A stretch of 45,066 nt of DNA from Chloroflexota bacterium (GCA_025454515.1 JALOOH010000022.1:1-45066); one strand, 5' to 3'; positions 33,923 through 42,741 are shown, counted from the stretch's first letter. Numbers and translations: made by a program. The notes: generated by a model not told the origin, from the sequence alone.

Positions 33923-35197
33923 GTGGACCAGACGATCGCGACCCACGCCGTCACGACCTCCGCCACCGCGCCCGCGCCCCCGACGAAGCCGCCGGCCATC
34001 CCCGGTCCGCCGTCGGGCCTCCGCGCCGGCCATCCGGGCGGCCACCCGGGGGCGATCCCCGGCGCCGGTTCCGTGCGCCCGACCGGCTACGTCTTCGGCC
34101 GCGCGCCGATGATGCTGTACTGGGAGATGACCCGGTCGTGCGGCCTGGTCTGCCGCCACTGCCGCGCCGAGGCCAACGCCGAGCGCCACCCCGACGAGCT
34201 CACGACGGCCGAGGGCGAGGCGCTCCTCGACCGCGTCCTCGGCTTCGGGGACCCGATGCCGCACGTCGTCTTCACCGGCGGCGACCCCCTCCGTCGACCC
34301 GACCTCCCGGACCTCGTCCGCGCCGCCCGCGCCCGCGGGATCGGTGCCTCGCTCGCGCCGGCGGCCACGCCGGAGCTCACCCGCGACGCCCTGCTCCGCC
34401 TGAAGGAGGCGGGAGTCCAGAACATCAGCCTCAGCCTGGACGGCTCCAACGCCGTCCGCCACGACGGCTTCCGCGGCGTGGAGGGCACGTTCGACCTGAC
34501 CGTGAAGGCGGCCGGCTGGGCGCAGGAGGCCGGGCTCCCGGTGCAGCTCAACACGCTCGTGACGAACGAGACGCTCGACGACCTGCCGGCGATCTTCGAC
34601 CTCTGCCCCAGCCTGGGGATCATGCGCTGGAGCCTCTTCTTCCTCATCAGCGTGGGCCGCGGCACGGACCTGCAGGAGATCAGCCCGGCCGAGAGCGAGA
34701 AGCTCATGGCCTGGCTGCTCGAGATCGGGAAGACCGCGCCGTTCCAGGTGAAGACGACCGAGGCGACGCACTACCGCCGGATCGCGATCCGGACGATGCA
34801 CGACCGCGGGATGACGGACGAGGAGATCGCGCAGACGAGCATCGGGCGCGGGTTCGGGATCCGCGACGGCAACGGGATCATGTTCATCAACTTCGACGGC
34901 GACATCTACCCGTCGGGCTTCCTCCCCGTCGCCGCGGGCAACGTCCGCCGCGACGATATCGTCGACGTGTACCGGAACAGCCCGCTCTTCCGCTCGCTCC
35001 GCGACGTGGCGAGCTTCAAGGGCCGCTGCGGCCGCTGCGAGTACAACGCCCTGTGCGGCGGCTCGCGCGCCCGCGCGTTCACGTGGACGGGCGACCCGCT
35101 CGAGACCGACCCGCTCTGCCCGTACGTGCCGCCGGCCGCGGACGATGTGGCTGCCGCGGCGATCGCCGCGGCCGCGACCGCGGCGCGCGCCGGGTAG
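33923..35197 (+). CDS. Radical SAM/SPASM protein of the NirJ/AhbD clade (TIGR04053-like)
   Basis: WEMTRSCGLVCRHCRA (CX3CX2C), FTGGDP, SLDG, YPSGFLP and CGRCEYNALCGGSRARA...DPLC; SD aggagg before GTG. Confidence 0.88.
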   Translation: MDQTIATHAVTTSATAPAPPTKPPAIPGPPSGLRAGHPGGHPGAIPGAGSVRPTGYVFGRAPMMLYWEMTRSCGLVCRHCRAEANAERHPDELTTAEGEALLDRVLGFGDPMPHVVFTGGDPLRRPDLPDLVRAARARGIGASLAPAATPELTRDALLRLKEAGVQNISLSLDGSNAVRHDGFRGVEGTFDLTVKAAGWAQEAGLPVQLNTLVTNETLDDLPAIFDLCPSLGIMRWSLFFLISVGRGTDLQEISPAESEKLMAWLLEIGKTAPFQVKTTEATHYRRIAIRTMHDRGMTDEEIAQTSIGRGFGIRDGNGIMFINFDGDIYPSGFLPVAAGNVRRDDIVDVYRNSPLFRSLRDVASFKGRCGRCEYNALCGGSRARAFTWTGDPLETDPLCPYVPPAADDVAAAAIAAAATAARAG

Positions 35198-35225
35198 GGC
35201 GGGCGGGGCGGGGCCGGGGTCGCGC

Positions 35226-36734
35226 ATGCACGCGGTCGTCGTCGGTGGCGGGGTCACGGGCCTCACGGCCGCGTACGTCCTCGGCCGGGCCGGGATCCGG
35301 ACCACGCTGCTCGAATCGTCGGACCGCCTCGGCGGCAAGGTCCGCACCTTCACGGGCGACGGCTTCGTCGTCGAGGAGGGGCCCGATTCGTTCATCGCGG
35401 TGCGGCCCGCCGCGGCGCAGCTCTGCCGCGAGCTGGGCCTGGGCCCCGATCTCGTCGGGACCGTGGACCCACGGACCGTGTACGTCCTGCGCGGCGACCG
35501 CCTCGTCCCGATGCCCGACGGGCTCGCACTCGTCCTGCCGACGAAGTTCCTGCCCTTCGTGACCACGCGGCTGTTCTCGTGGCCCGAGAAGGCGCGGATG
35601 GGGCTCGACCTCGTCCTCCCGCGCGGCCCGATGGAGGGCGACGACACGGTCGGCCGCCTCCTCCGGCGACGGCTGGGGGACGCCCTTGTGGACCGGCTCG
35701 CGGGCCCCCTCGTCGGCGGCATCTACGGCACGTCGATCGACGAGCTGAGCCTCCTCGCGGTGATCCCCAGCCTGCGGGAGAACGAGCGCGAGCACCGGAG
35801 CCTCCTCCTCGCGAGCGTCGCGGAGGCGCGGCTGCGGAAGGCGCGCGAGAACGAGCGAGCGGCCGCCCGCGCGGCCGCGGACGCGGCAGCCGCGGCGGGC
35901 GGACCGGGCGGACCGGGCGGACCGGGCGGGCCGGGCGGACCCCCGCCGGGACCGGCGCCGCGATCCGTCTTCCTCAGCCTGCGCGGCGGGATGACGCGGA
36001 TGACCGACGCGCTCGCGACGGCCATCGAGGGCATGAGCTGCGTGGACGTCCGCCTCGGTGCATCGGTCGTCGCGCTCCAGCCCGCCGGCGGGGGCTCGCG
36101 CCTCCTCCTGGCGGACGGGAGCCGCCTCGACGCCGACGCCGTCGTCCTCGCGTCGCCCGCGCCGGCGACCGCCGACATCCTCGACGATGCCGCGCCGGTC
36201 ACGGCCGCCGCGCTGCGGACGATCAGGTACGGCAGCGCGACGATCGTGACGCTCGCGTACCGCGACGACCAGCTGACGCGGCCGATCGTGGGTCACGGGT
36301 ACGTCGTCGCCGCCGATGGCACGAACCCGCTCTCCGCCTGCACGATCACGTCCGGCAAATGGCCGGGACGCGCTCCGGCAGGCACCGTCCTGCTCCGCGC
36401 GTACCTCCGGACCGAGGGCGACGGCGCGCTGCCGGCGTCCGCATCGGACGATGAGGTGGCCGCCGCCGCGCGCACCGTCGTGGAGCGGACGCTCGGACCG
36501 CGCGGGGAGCCGATCGTCTGCCGCGTCGCTCGGTGGGAGGGCGCGATGCCGCGCTACACGCTCGGCCACCTCGACCGCGTGGCCGCTGCGGAGGCGGGAC
36601 TCGCGGGCCTCCCCGGGGTCGTCCTTGCCGGGGCCGCCTACCGGGGTGTGGGCCTGCCCGACTGCGTCACGCAGGCGCGAGCGGCCGCGGCCCGGGTCCT
36701 CGAGATGGCCCCGGGGGTCGCCGCCGCGGCCTGA
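35226..36734 (+). CDS. hemG: HemY-type (copro/proto)porphyrinogen oxidase (CgoX)
   Basis: VVGGGVTGL FAD motif, EEGPDSF, PLVGGIYG, GGM, SGKWP, MPRY..GH and GVGLPDC. Confidence 0.93.
   Translation: MHAVVVGGGVTGLTAAYVLGRAGIRTTLLESSDRLGGKVRTFTGDGFVVEEGPDSFIAVRPAAAQLCRELGLGPDLVGTVDPRTVYVLRGDRLVPMPDGLALVLPTKFLPFVTTRLFSWPEKARMGLDLVLPRGPMEGDDTVGRLLRRRLGDALVDRLAGPLVGGIYGTSIDELSLLAVIPSLRENEREHRSLLLASVAEARLRKARENERAAARAAADAAAAAGGPGGPGGPGGPGGPPPGPAPRSVFLSLRGGMTRMTDALATAIEGMSCVDVRLGASVVALQPAGGGSRLLLADGSRLDADAVVLASPAPATADILDDAAPVTAAALRTIRYGSATIVTLAYRDDQLTRPIVGHGYVVAADGTNPLSACTITSGKWPGRAPAGTVLLRAYLRTEGDGALPASASDDEVAAAARTVVERTLGPRGEPIVCRVARWEGAMPRYTLGHLDRVAAAEAGLAGLPGVVLAGAAYRGVGLPDCVTQARAAAARVLEMAPGVAAAA
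35898..35942 (+). repeat. 9-bp tandem repeat x5 (GGP) inside a HemY loop
   Basis: ggcggaccg x3, then ggcgggccg and ggcggaccc. Confidence 0.9.
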
Positions 36735-36785
36735 CGCGGCGCCACGGCCGCGCCACCGACACGCCGACGCCCCACGGACGCGCGA

Positions 36786-36809
36786 ACGCCCCGGGCGATG
36801 CCGGGGCGT
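36786..36809. terminator. Hairpin between convergent hemG and the small ORF
   Basis: acgccccgg-N6-ccggggcgt inverted repeat. Confidence 0.4.
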
Positions 36810-36884
36810 CGTCGGTCATGTGATCTCGAGCGCCGGCCGCCACGGCCGGCATGGCGCGATCCCTCGACGGGGACCGGGCGGACC

Positions 36885-37016
36885 CTAGTGCAGGCTGTGC
36901 GGCCCGTGGAGCATCCAGTCGTCGGCCGCGGTGCCGCGCGCGGAGTCCGCGGCCAGGTTCGCGCCGAGGAACGCGACGCCGGCGGTGATCGTGATGAGAG
37001 CGATCGCGATGAGCAT
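36885..37016 (-). CDS. Small single-TM protein (43 aa)
   Basis: MLIAIALITITAGVAFLGANLAADS...; has its own consensus-like promoter upstream. Confidence 0.6.
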   Translation of the reverse strand: MLIAIALITITAGVAFLGANLAADSARGTAADDWMLHGPHSLH

Positions 37017-37108
37017 GGGTATCGTCCGTTCCAGCGTGGGGATCAGTGGGGCCGGCACGGGCTCGTCCAACACGAGCGGGCAGCAGCCACATCGATCCGA
37101 CGCCCGTG

Positions 37109-37137
37109 ATTCTGACTGGTACGGACCAATCGGTCAA
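37109..37137 (-). promoter_or_regulatory. Sigma70 promoter TTGACC-N17-CAGAAT with a TGGT-N4-ACCA palindrome in the spacer
   Basis: Read directly from the sequence; palindrome at 37117-37128. Confidence 0.6.
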
Positions 37138-37255
37138 GCGGCCGGAGGTCCCGGGCCGAGGTGCCGACCGGCTCCCGCGAACCGGCGGACCAGCCTCGTC
37201 CCTCCCCCGCGCGCAGCCCGGCCGACCACCGGCAGCGGGCGCCCGCCGGGACGTC

Positions 37256-37651
37256 TCACGCCGGCTCGACCCGGCGCACCGTCGTGACGCGGTCGAGCGA
37301 CCGATCGAATGACGCGACGACGCCCAGGCCCGTCCGCTCGGCGCAGGCGACGAGATACGCTTCGGCGAAGTCGAGCCGGTGCACGTCGTACACCTCGACA
37401 GCCCGCTGGAGCAGGTCCGCGTCCTGGACGCGGATCGGCGGGAACGCGAGCACCGAGCGCAGGATCGCAGCGACCCGATCGCGCGGCGTCTCGTAGTAGG
37501 ACTCGAGGACGCACGCGAGCTCGGCGAGGATCAGGTCCGGCAGGAGGACGCCGTCGGCGCCGGCGAGGTAGCGGGTCGCGCGGGCCGCCTGCTCCGGCGG
37601 GTCGCCCGTGAGATGGCGGACCAGGACGTTCGTGTCGACGAACGCGGTCAC
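37256..37651 (-). CDS. vapC: PIN-domain toxin (VapC)
   Basis: FVDTNVLV, ILAEL, LDFAEA and SFD acidic motifs; overlaps the antitoxin stop. Confidence 0.9.
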   Translation of the reverse strand: MTAFVDTNVLVRHLTGDPPEQAARATRYLAGADGVLLPDLILAELACVLESYYETPRDRVAAILRSVLAFPPIRVQDADLLQRAVEVYDVHRLDFAEAYLVACAERTGLGVVASFDRSLDRVTTVRRVEPA

Positions 37652-37896
37652 CGCCGACGGCGCCCGCGCGCGGCGTGCACGTCGCGGACGATGTCGTCCC
37701 ACTGCGTGCTGCGCCTGGCCGCGGGGATCTCGACCGAACCGGCCAGCGCGAGCAGGTCCGGTGTGCGTGCGATGACCGCATGGTCACCCTCCACGCGGAA
37801 GACCACGCGGTCGCCCTCCACGAGCGAGAGCGCCTCCCGGACCGCGTGCGGGATCGTGACCTGGCCCTTCGAGGTCAGTCGCGCTGCGATCTCCAC
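37648..37896 (-). CDS. vapB: AbrB/MazE/SpoVT-family antitoxin (VapB)
   Basis: ARLTSKGQVTIP..VREAL...GDRVVF; SD aggag. Confidence 0.9.
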   Translation of the reverse strand: MEIAARLTSKGQVTIPHAVREALSLVEGDRVVFRVEGDHAVIARTPDLLALAGSVEIPAARRSTQWDDIVRDVHAARGRRRR

Positions 37897-37909
37897 GGCG
37901 CCCTCCTGT

Positions 37910-37937
37910 TCCTTACTGTCTCTCAGAAGTAAGGATA
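37910..37937. promoter_or_regulatory. vapBC operator (tccttact-N10-agtaagga) overlapping -10 TATCCT
   Basis: Perfect 8-bp inverted repeat at 37910-37935; minus-strand TATCCT at 37937-37932. Confidence 0.75.
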
Positions 37938-37951
37938 GCAGGGATCGATCG

Positions 37952-37986
37952 CCGCCCGGTCACCGCCCGGTCACCGCCCGGTCACC
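37952..37986. repeat. 11-bp tandem repeat (ccgcccggtca) x3
   Basis: Perfect copies between the pabB stop and the vapB promoter. Confidence 0.9.
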
Positions 37987-39434
37987 TACCCCACCTCGCT
38001 GCAACCCACCGCGCGCAGCGGACCGCGGGCCTTCGCCCGTGTCTCCTCCCATTCCGCGTCCGGGTCGCTGCGGCGGGTGATCCCGCCGCCCACGTGCAGG
38101 GTGAGGCGCCGGCCGTCGGCCACGAAGGTCCGGATGAGGATGCTCGACCCCATCGCCCCGTCCGGGCCCAGCCAGAGCGCGGTCCCGCAGTAGGGGCCCC
38201 GGCGGACGGGCTCGAGCTCCTCGATGAGCCGCATCGCGCGGATCTTCGGCGCGCCGGTGATCGACCCGCCCGGGAAGGCGGCCGCCAGGAGGTCGAACGC
38301 GTCGAGCCCCGGCAGGAGACGCCCGACGACGGTCGAGACGAGGTGCTGGACGGCCGCCGTCCGCTCGAGCCGACACAGGCGCGGGACGCGCACGCTGCCC
38401 GGCCGGCACACGCGGCCCAGGTCGTTGCGGAGGACGTCCACGATCATGACGTTCTCGGCGCGGTCCTTGTCGCTGCCGAGCAGCTCGGCCGCGAGCATGC
38501 GATCCTCGGCGCGCGTGCTCCCGCGCGGGCGCGTCCCCTTGATCGGGTCGGTCTCGACCCCGCCGCGCGCGTCGACCGACAGGAACGGCTCCGGCGAGGC
38601 GGACGCGATGGCGCGCGTCGCGCCCGTCGACGGATCCGGCCCCAGGTCGAGGTACGCCGCGAACGTTGCCGGGTCGCCGGCCCGCAGGGCAGCGAAGATC
38701 GGCCACGGATCGCCGGCGAAGCGAGCCTCGAGCCGTCGGGCGAGGTTCGCCTGGTACAGATGGCCGGCGGCGATCGCCGCCCGGATGCGCTCGACGCGGT
38801 CGCCCCACGCGGCACGGTCGAGCCCGGAGGCGAAGCGCACCGGGGCGGCGGCCGTCGCGTGCGGCGCTCCCGCCCCGCCCCCGCCCGCGTGCGCGCGCGC
38901 CCCCGCGAGCCGCGCGCGCACCTCCCCCAGCCGCTCCGCAAGTCGATCCTCGTCGCCGTCGACCGGCCGACCGCACAGCAGGACGCGCCCTTCGCGGCGA
39001 TCGACCGCCACGGCCCAGTCGTGCAGCGCGAGCGACAGCAGGGGAAGGGGCTGGTCGTCGGCCGCCAGCGACGGGATCCGCTCCAGCTCGCGCCCCACGT
39101 CGTACCCGACGTACCCGACGAGGCCGCCGGTGAACGGAGGGAGGTCGGCGGGCGAGGCGCCGCCCGGGCCCATCCGCGCGAGGAGCGCCCGTGCCGGCGC
39201 GAACGTCGCCCCGCGCGGGCCCGGCTCGCGGACGACCGCCAGCGGGTCGGCCGTCACGTACGTCCAGCGCGACCGGCGACCGGTCCGCGCGCTGTCGAGC
39301 ACGGCCAGGCCGGGAAGCCCGCGCAGCGCCTCCGCGATCGCGGGGACCTCCGCCCCGGTGACCTCCGGCACCTCCACGGGGGTACCTCCGGCGGTCCCGA
39401 TAGGCATCCCGGTCGTCTGGCGGACGCTCACCAT
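37986..39434 (-). CDS. pabB: Aminodeoxychorismate synthase component I (anthranilate synthase component I family)
   Basis: PFTGGLVGYVGYD, YQANL, SASPEPF, PIKGT (PabB-type Lys), KDRAENVMIVD..RNDL, FPGGSITGAPK and GGGI. Start 39434 preferred over 39446. Confidence 0.88.
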   Translation of the reverse strand: MVSVRQTTGMPIGTAGGTPVEVPEVTGAEVPAIAEALRGLPGLAVLDSARTGRRSRWTYVTADPLAVVREPGPRGATFAPARALLARMGPGGASPADLPPFTGGLVGYVGYDVGRELERIPSLAADDQPLPLLSLALHDWAVAVDRREGRVLLCGRPVDGDEDRLAERLGEVRARLAGARAHAGGGGAGAPHATAAAPVRFASGLDRAAWGDRVERIRAAIAAGHLYQANLARRLEARFAGDPWPIFAALRAGDPATFAAYLDLGPDPSTGATRAIASASPEPFLSVDARGGVETDPIKGTRPRGSTRAEDRMLAAELLGSDKDRAENVMIVDVLRNDLGRVCRPGSVRVPRLCRLERTAAVQHLVSTVVGRLLPGLDAFDLLAAAFPGGSITGAPKIRAMRLIEELEPVRRGPYCGTALWLGPDGAMGSSILIRTFVADGRRLTLHVGGGITRRSDPDAEWEETRAKARGPLRAVGCSEVG

Positions 39435-39520
39435 GGGGCGCATCATCGCATCGAACGGACCGGCGTCCGTCGGCGGCCGTGTGACGCGCCGCGCGCCGCC
39501 GCCGCCGCACGAGGTCGCCC

Positions 39521-40591
39521 ATGCCCGTCCTCCGCCTGGACCCCGATCGCCTGCAGCCGGCGTTCGACGCGCTCGCGGCCCGCGTCGAGTCGGGCGTGGT
39601 GAGCGCGGCGGTCCTCGCGGTCGGCACCTCGGACGGGCTCGTGCGCGACGAGGCGTTCGGGATGGTGGGCGAGGACCTCGCGGGCGTGGACGACCGCTTC
39701 TACATCGCGTCGATCACGAAGCCCATCGTGGCGACCGCCGTCGTCCAGCTCGCGGCGGAGGGGCGGATCTCACTGCGGGAGCCGCTCCGGACGTACCTGC
39801 CGGACCTCTCCGAGGGCCACGCCGCGGTGACCGCGTGGCACGTCCTCACGCACACGTCGGGGATCCCGGACGACCCGTTCGGCGGGTGGGACGGCACCCC
39901 GCGCGACGAGCTCGTGCGGCGTGCCATGTCGCGTCCGCTCGACTTCGCCCCCGGATCCCGGTACGCCTACTGCAGCTCCTCGTTCTTCGTTCTCGGCGAG
40001 CTGCTGGCCCGGGCGGACGGGGTGCCGTTCGAGGAGTCGCTGCGGCGCCGCGTCCTCGCGCCGATGGGGATGTCGGCCACGAGCTTCTCGCCGACCGACC
40101 CGCCGGGGACGTGGGTCCCGGTCCTCGACGCGCCGACGGAGGGGATGGACGCGGCGGCGACCGCCGCCCTGCTCGGACACCTCGCGTCGATCGCCATGCC
40201 GGGCGGGGGCCTGTGGAGCACCGCCGGTGACCTCCTCCGGTTCGCGCGCGCGTGGCTCCGCGGCGGCTCGCTCGACGGCGCGCAGCTGCTGCCCGCGGCG
40301 TGGATCGACCTCATGGGTCGCGAGCAGACGACGGGGATCCGCGAGGCGAGCCCGGACGGGATCGCGCCGGAACGCGACCCACGCTACGCGCTCGGCTGGG
40401 GCAAGCCCGTGGGCGGTGGCGACGTTCCGTGCTCGGACCGCGCCGTGGAGCATGGCGGGATCAGCGGGACGCGCCTGTTCGTCGACCCGGCGACGGACCT
40501 CGCGATCGTCGTGCTGGCGAACCGCTGGGATCACGCGGAGACGTCGCGCGCGGTCGTGGCGGCCGTCCACTCCGCGCTGGTGCCTGCATGA
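39521..40591 (+). CDS. Serine hydrolase, beta-lactamase class C/esterase family
   Basis: IASITK (SxxK), LTHTSG, YAYCS (YxS), GGGLWST and HGG motifs; no signal peptide. Confidence 0.88.
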   Translation: MPVLRLDPDRLQPAFDALAARVESGVVSAAVLAVGTSDGLVRDEAFGMVGEDLAGVDDRFYIASITKPIVATAVVQLAAEGRISLREPLRTYLPDLSEGHAAVTAWHVLTHTSGIPDDPFGGWDGTPRDELVRRAMSRPLDFAPGSRYAYCSSSFFVLGELLARADGVPFEESLRRRVLAPMGMSATSFSPTDPPGTWVPVLDAPTEGMDAAATAALLGHLASIAMPGGGLWSTAGDLLRFARAWLRGGSLDGAQLLPAAWIDLMGREQTTGIREASPDGIAPERDPRYALGWGKPVGGGDVPCSDRAVEHGGISGTRLFVDPATDLAIVVLANRWDHAETSRAVVAAVHSALVPA

Positions 40592-41772
40592 GCCCGCGTC
40601 CGCGCGCCCGCGACCTCGGGATCCACATCGGCCGGCTTCCGTCCGGGCGATGGAACGCGATCACGGACGTGGAGGGCGTCCGCGTGGGCCACGCGACGAT
40701 CGTCCGCGGCGATGGCCCGCTCGTGGTCGGCGAGGGCCCGGTCCGGACGGGCGTGACCGTCATCCTGCCGCACGACGGCAACCCGTTCCTCGAGCCCGTC
40801 TTCGCGGGCTGGCACTCGCTCAACGGGAACGGGGAGCTGACGGGGACGGCGTGGCTCGACGAGGTCGGCCTCCTCTCCGGGCCGATCGCACTGACGAACA
40901 CGCACAGCGTGGGCGTCGTGCACGACGCGATCATCGAGTACGCGGTCCGCTCGCACCCCGCCGGGACCGTCTTCTGGTCGCTCCCCGTCGTGGGGGAGAC
41001 GTACGACGGGACCCTGAACGACATCAACGGGTTCCACGTGCGCCCCGCCCACGTCGCCGAGGCGCTCGAGGCCGCGGCGCAGGGGCCGGTCGCGGAAGGC
41101 TCCGTCGGCGGCGGCACCGGGATGATCTGCCACGAGCTCAAGGGCGGGATCGGCACCGCGTCCCGCGCCCTCCCGGCCGACCACGGCGGCTGGACGGTGG
41201 GCGTCCTCGTCCAGGCCAACTACGGCGTCCGCCACGACCTCCGCATCGACGGGGTCCCGGTCGGCCGGCACATCCCCGTCGCGGACGTGCCGAGCCCGTA
41301 CGGAGGGAAGCGGGCCGCCGGCCCCGGCACGCCCGGCGCCGGCTCGATCATCGTCGTCGTCGCGACGGACGCTCCCCTGCTCCCGCACCAGTGCCGCCGG
41401 CTCGCGCAGCGGGCGGGCCTGGGCCTGTCGCGCGCGGGCGGGTACGGCCGCAACTCCAGCGGCGACATGTTCCTCGCGTTCGCGACCGGGAACCGCGGCA
41501 TCCCGGACATCTCCGGGTCGGACCGGGCCGGCCCCGGGACGACCGACGTCCGCATGGTGCTCGACGACCGCGTGGACGGGCTGTTCACGGCGGCGGTGGA
41601 TGCGACCGAGGAGGCGATCGTGAACGCCCTCCTCGCCGCCGACACGATGACCGGGATCGACGGCGTGACCGCGCACGGGTTGGACGCCGAGCGCGTGGCG
41701 CGCATCATGGACGCGCACGGGAGGGGCCCCGACGGACCGGGGCGGGCGATCGACGCTGGGGAGGGACGATGA
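40588..41772 (+). CDS. P1 family peptidase (DmpA L-aminopeptidase/D-esterase)
   Basis: NAITDVEGVRVGH, NGNGELTG, PVVGETYD, KGGIG, autoproteolysis site GSIIVVVATD and SGD. Confidence 0.93.
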   Translation: MSPRPRARDLGIHIGRLPSGRWNAITDVEGVRVGHATIVRGDGPLVVGEGPVRTGVTVILPHDGNPFLEPVFAGWHSLNGNGELTGTAWLDEVGLLSGPIALTNTHSVGVVHDAIIEYAVRSHPAGTVFWSLPVVGETYDGTLNDINGFHVRPAHVAEALEAAAQGPVAEGSVGGGTGMICHELKGGIGTASRALPADHGGWTVGVLVQANYGVRHDLRIDGVPVGRHIPVADVPSPYGGKRAAGPGTPGAGSIIVVVATDAPLLPHQCRRLAQRAGLGLSRAGGYGRNSSGDMFLAFATGNRGIPDISGSDRAGPGTTDVRMVLDDRVDGLFTAAVDATEEAIVNALLAADTMTGIDGVTAHGLDAERVARIMDAHGRGPDGPGRAIDAGEGR

Positions 41773-42656
41773 CGACACGCCAGGGCCTCCGACCCGCCAC
41801 CCTGGAGGACGTCCCCGCGATCGCGCGGATCGCCGCCGCGAGCGACGAGCCGATCGAGACGCCCGGCGTCCCCGGCTCCCCATACGCCGAGCATCTCCTC
41901 GCGCGGGGGACGGTGGTCGTGGCCGAGTCCGATGGCGTCGTGGTGGGGTACGCGGCCGCGGTCCCGATCGGCTCGTGGCGGCACGTGACGGACCTCTTCG
42001 TCCACCCCGCGGCCCGCGGGCACGGCTGGGGCCGCGGCCTCCTCGCCAACATTCTCGAGGGCGCGCCCGCGGCCACCACGTTCGCGTCCGACGATCCGCG
42101 GGCGCTCCCCGTCTACGTGCGCGCCGGGCTCCGGGCACTGTGGCCCAACCTGTACCTGGAGGGCCGGGCCGTCCGCCTGGCCGACCCGGGCCTCGTCGTG
42201 CGCCCCGTCTCGATCGACGAGGCCGCCGCGACCGAGCGCGGCTTCGCCGGCGTGGACCGCGCGGCGGACCACGTGTACTGGGGGACCAGGCGCGAGGCCA
42301 CCCCGTTCCTCGTGCTCGACGGCGCGGAGCCGGTCGGCGCCGGCTGTGCCGTCCACCGCCGCGGCCGGCCTGGCCGGTGGCTGCCGCATCTCGCGATCGC
42401 TCCCGGGGCGGACGCCGTCGCCGTCGCCGTCGCGGCGGTCCATGCCACGGGGGCCGGCGGGCAGGCGTCGCACGCGGGGGCGGAGGTCCGCGGCTCCGCC
42501 GCGCACGCCACGTCGGTGTGCGTGCCCGGCCCGCATCCGGCCCTCCCGGTCCTGCTCGACGCGGGGTTCAAGGTCGTGGACCGCGACATCTTCCTCGCGA
42601 CGTCGCCCACGTTCGTCGACCCCGAGCGCCTGCTGCCGGACCCGAGCCTCCTGTAG
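41769..42656 (+). CDS. GNAT family acetyltransferase (tandem-domain type)
   Basis: LRPATLED, LFVHPAARGHGWG and YVRAG motifs. Confidence 0.8.
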   Translation: MTTRQGLRPATLEDVPAIARIAAASDEPIETPGVPGSPYAEHLLARGTVVVAESDGVVVGYAAAVPIGSWRHVTDLFVHPAARGHGWGRGLLANILEGAPAATTFASDDPRALPVYVRAGLRALWPNLYLEGRAVRLADPGLVVRPVSIDEAAATERGFAGVDRAADHVYWGTRREATPFLVLDGAEPVGAGCAVHRRGRPGRWLPHLAIAPGADAVAVAVAAVHATGAGGQASHAGAEVRGSAAHATSVCVPGPHPALPVLLDAGFKVVDRDIFLATSPTFVDPERLLPDPSLL

Positions 42657-42741
42657 CGACGGTCGGCCCGCCGGCCGGCGGGCACGCGGGCGCCCGGGCC
42701 GCCCCGCGTCGCTCGGCAGCCGCCGGCCGGGCCGCCGGCGC

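Noticed and set aside
37256-37986. vapBC as part of a mobile element or prophage
   Set aside because: No transposase, integrase, terminal inverted repeats or target duplication seen.
37986-39434. trpE assignment
   Set aside because: It has PIKGT (PabB-type) rather than PIAGT, and no trp genes are adjacent.
39521-40591. Bona fide beta-lactamase resistance gene
   Set aside because: No signal peptide, and it has YxS/HGG rather than the YxN/KTG of AmpC; better described as a family serine hydrolase.
42666-42683. 18-bp GC-only palindrome between convergent genes
   Set aside because: Possibly a terminator, but GC-only palindromes are common at this composition; not enough support.
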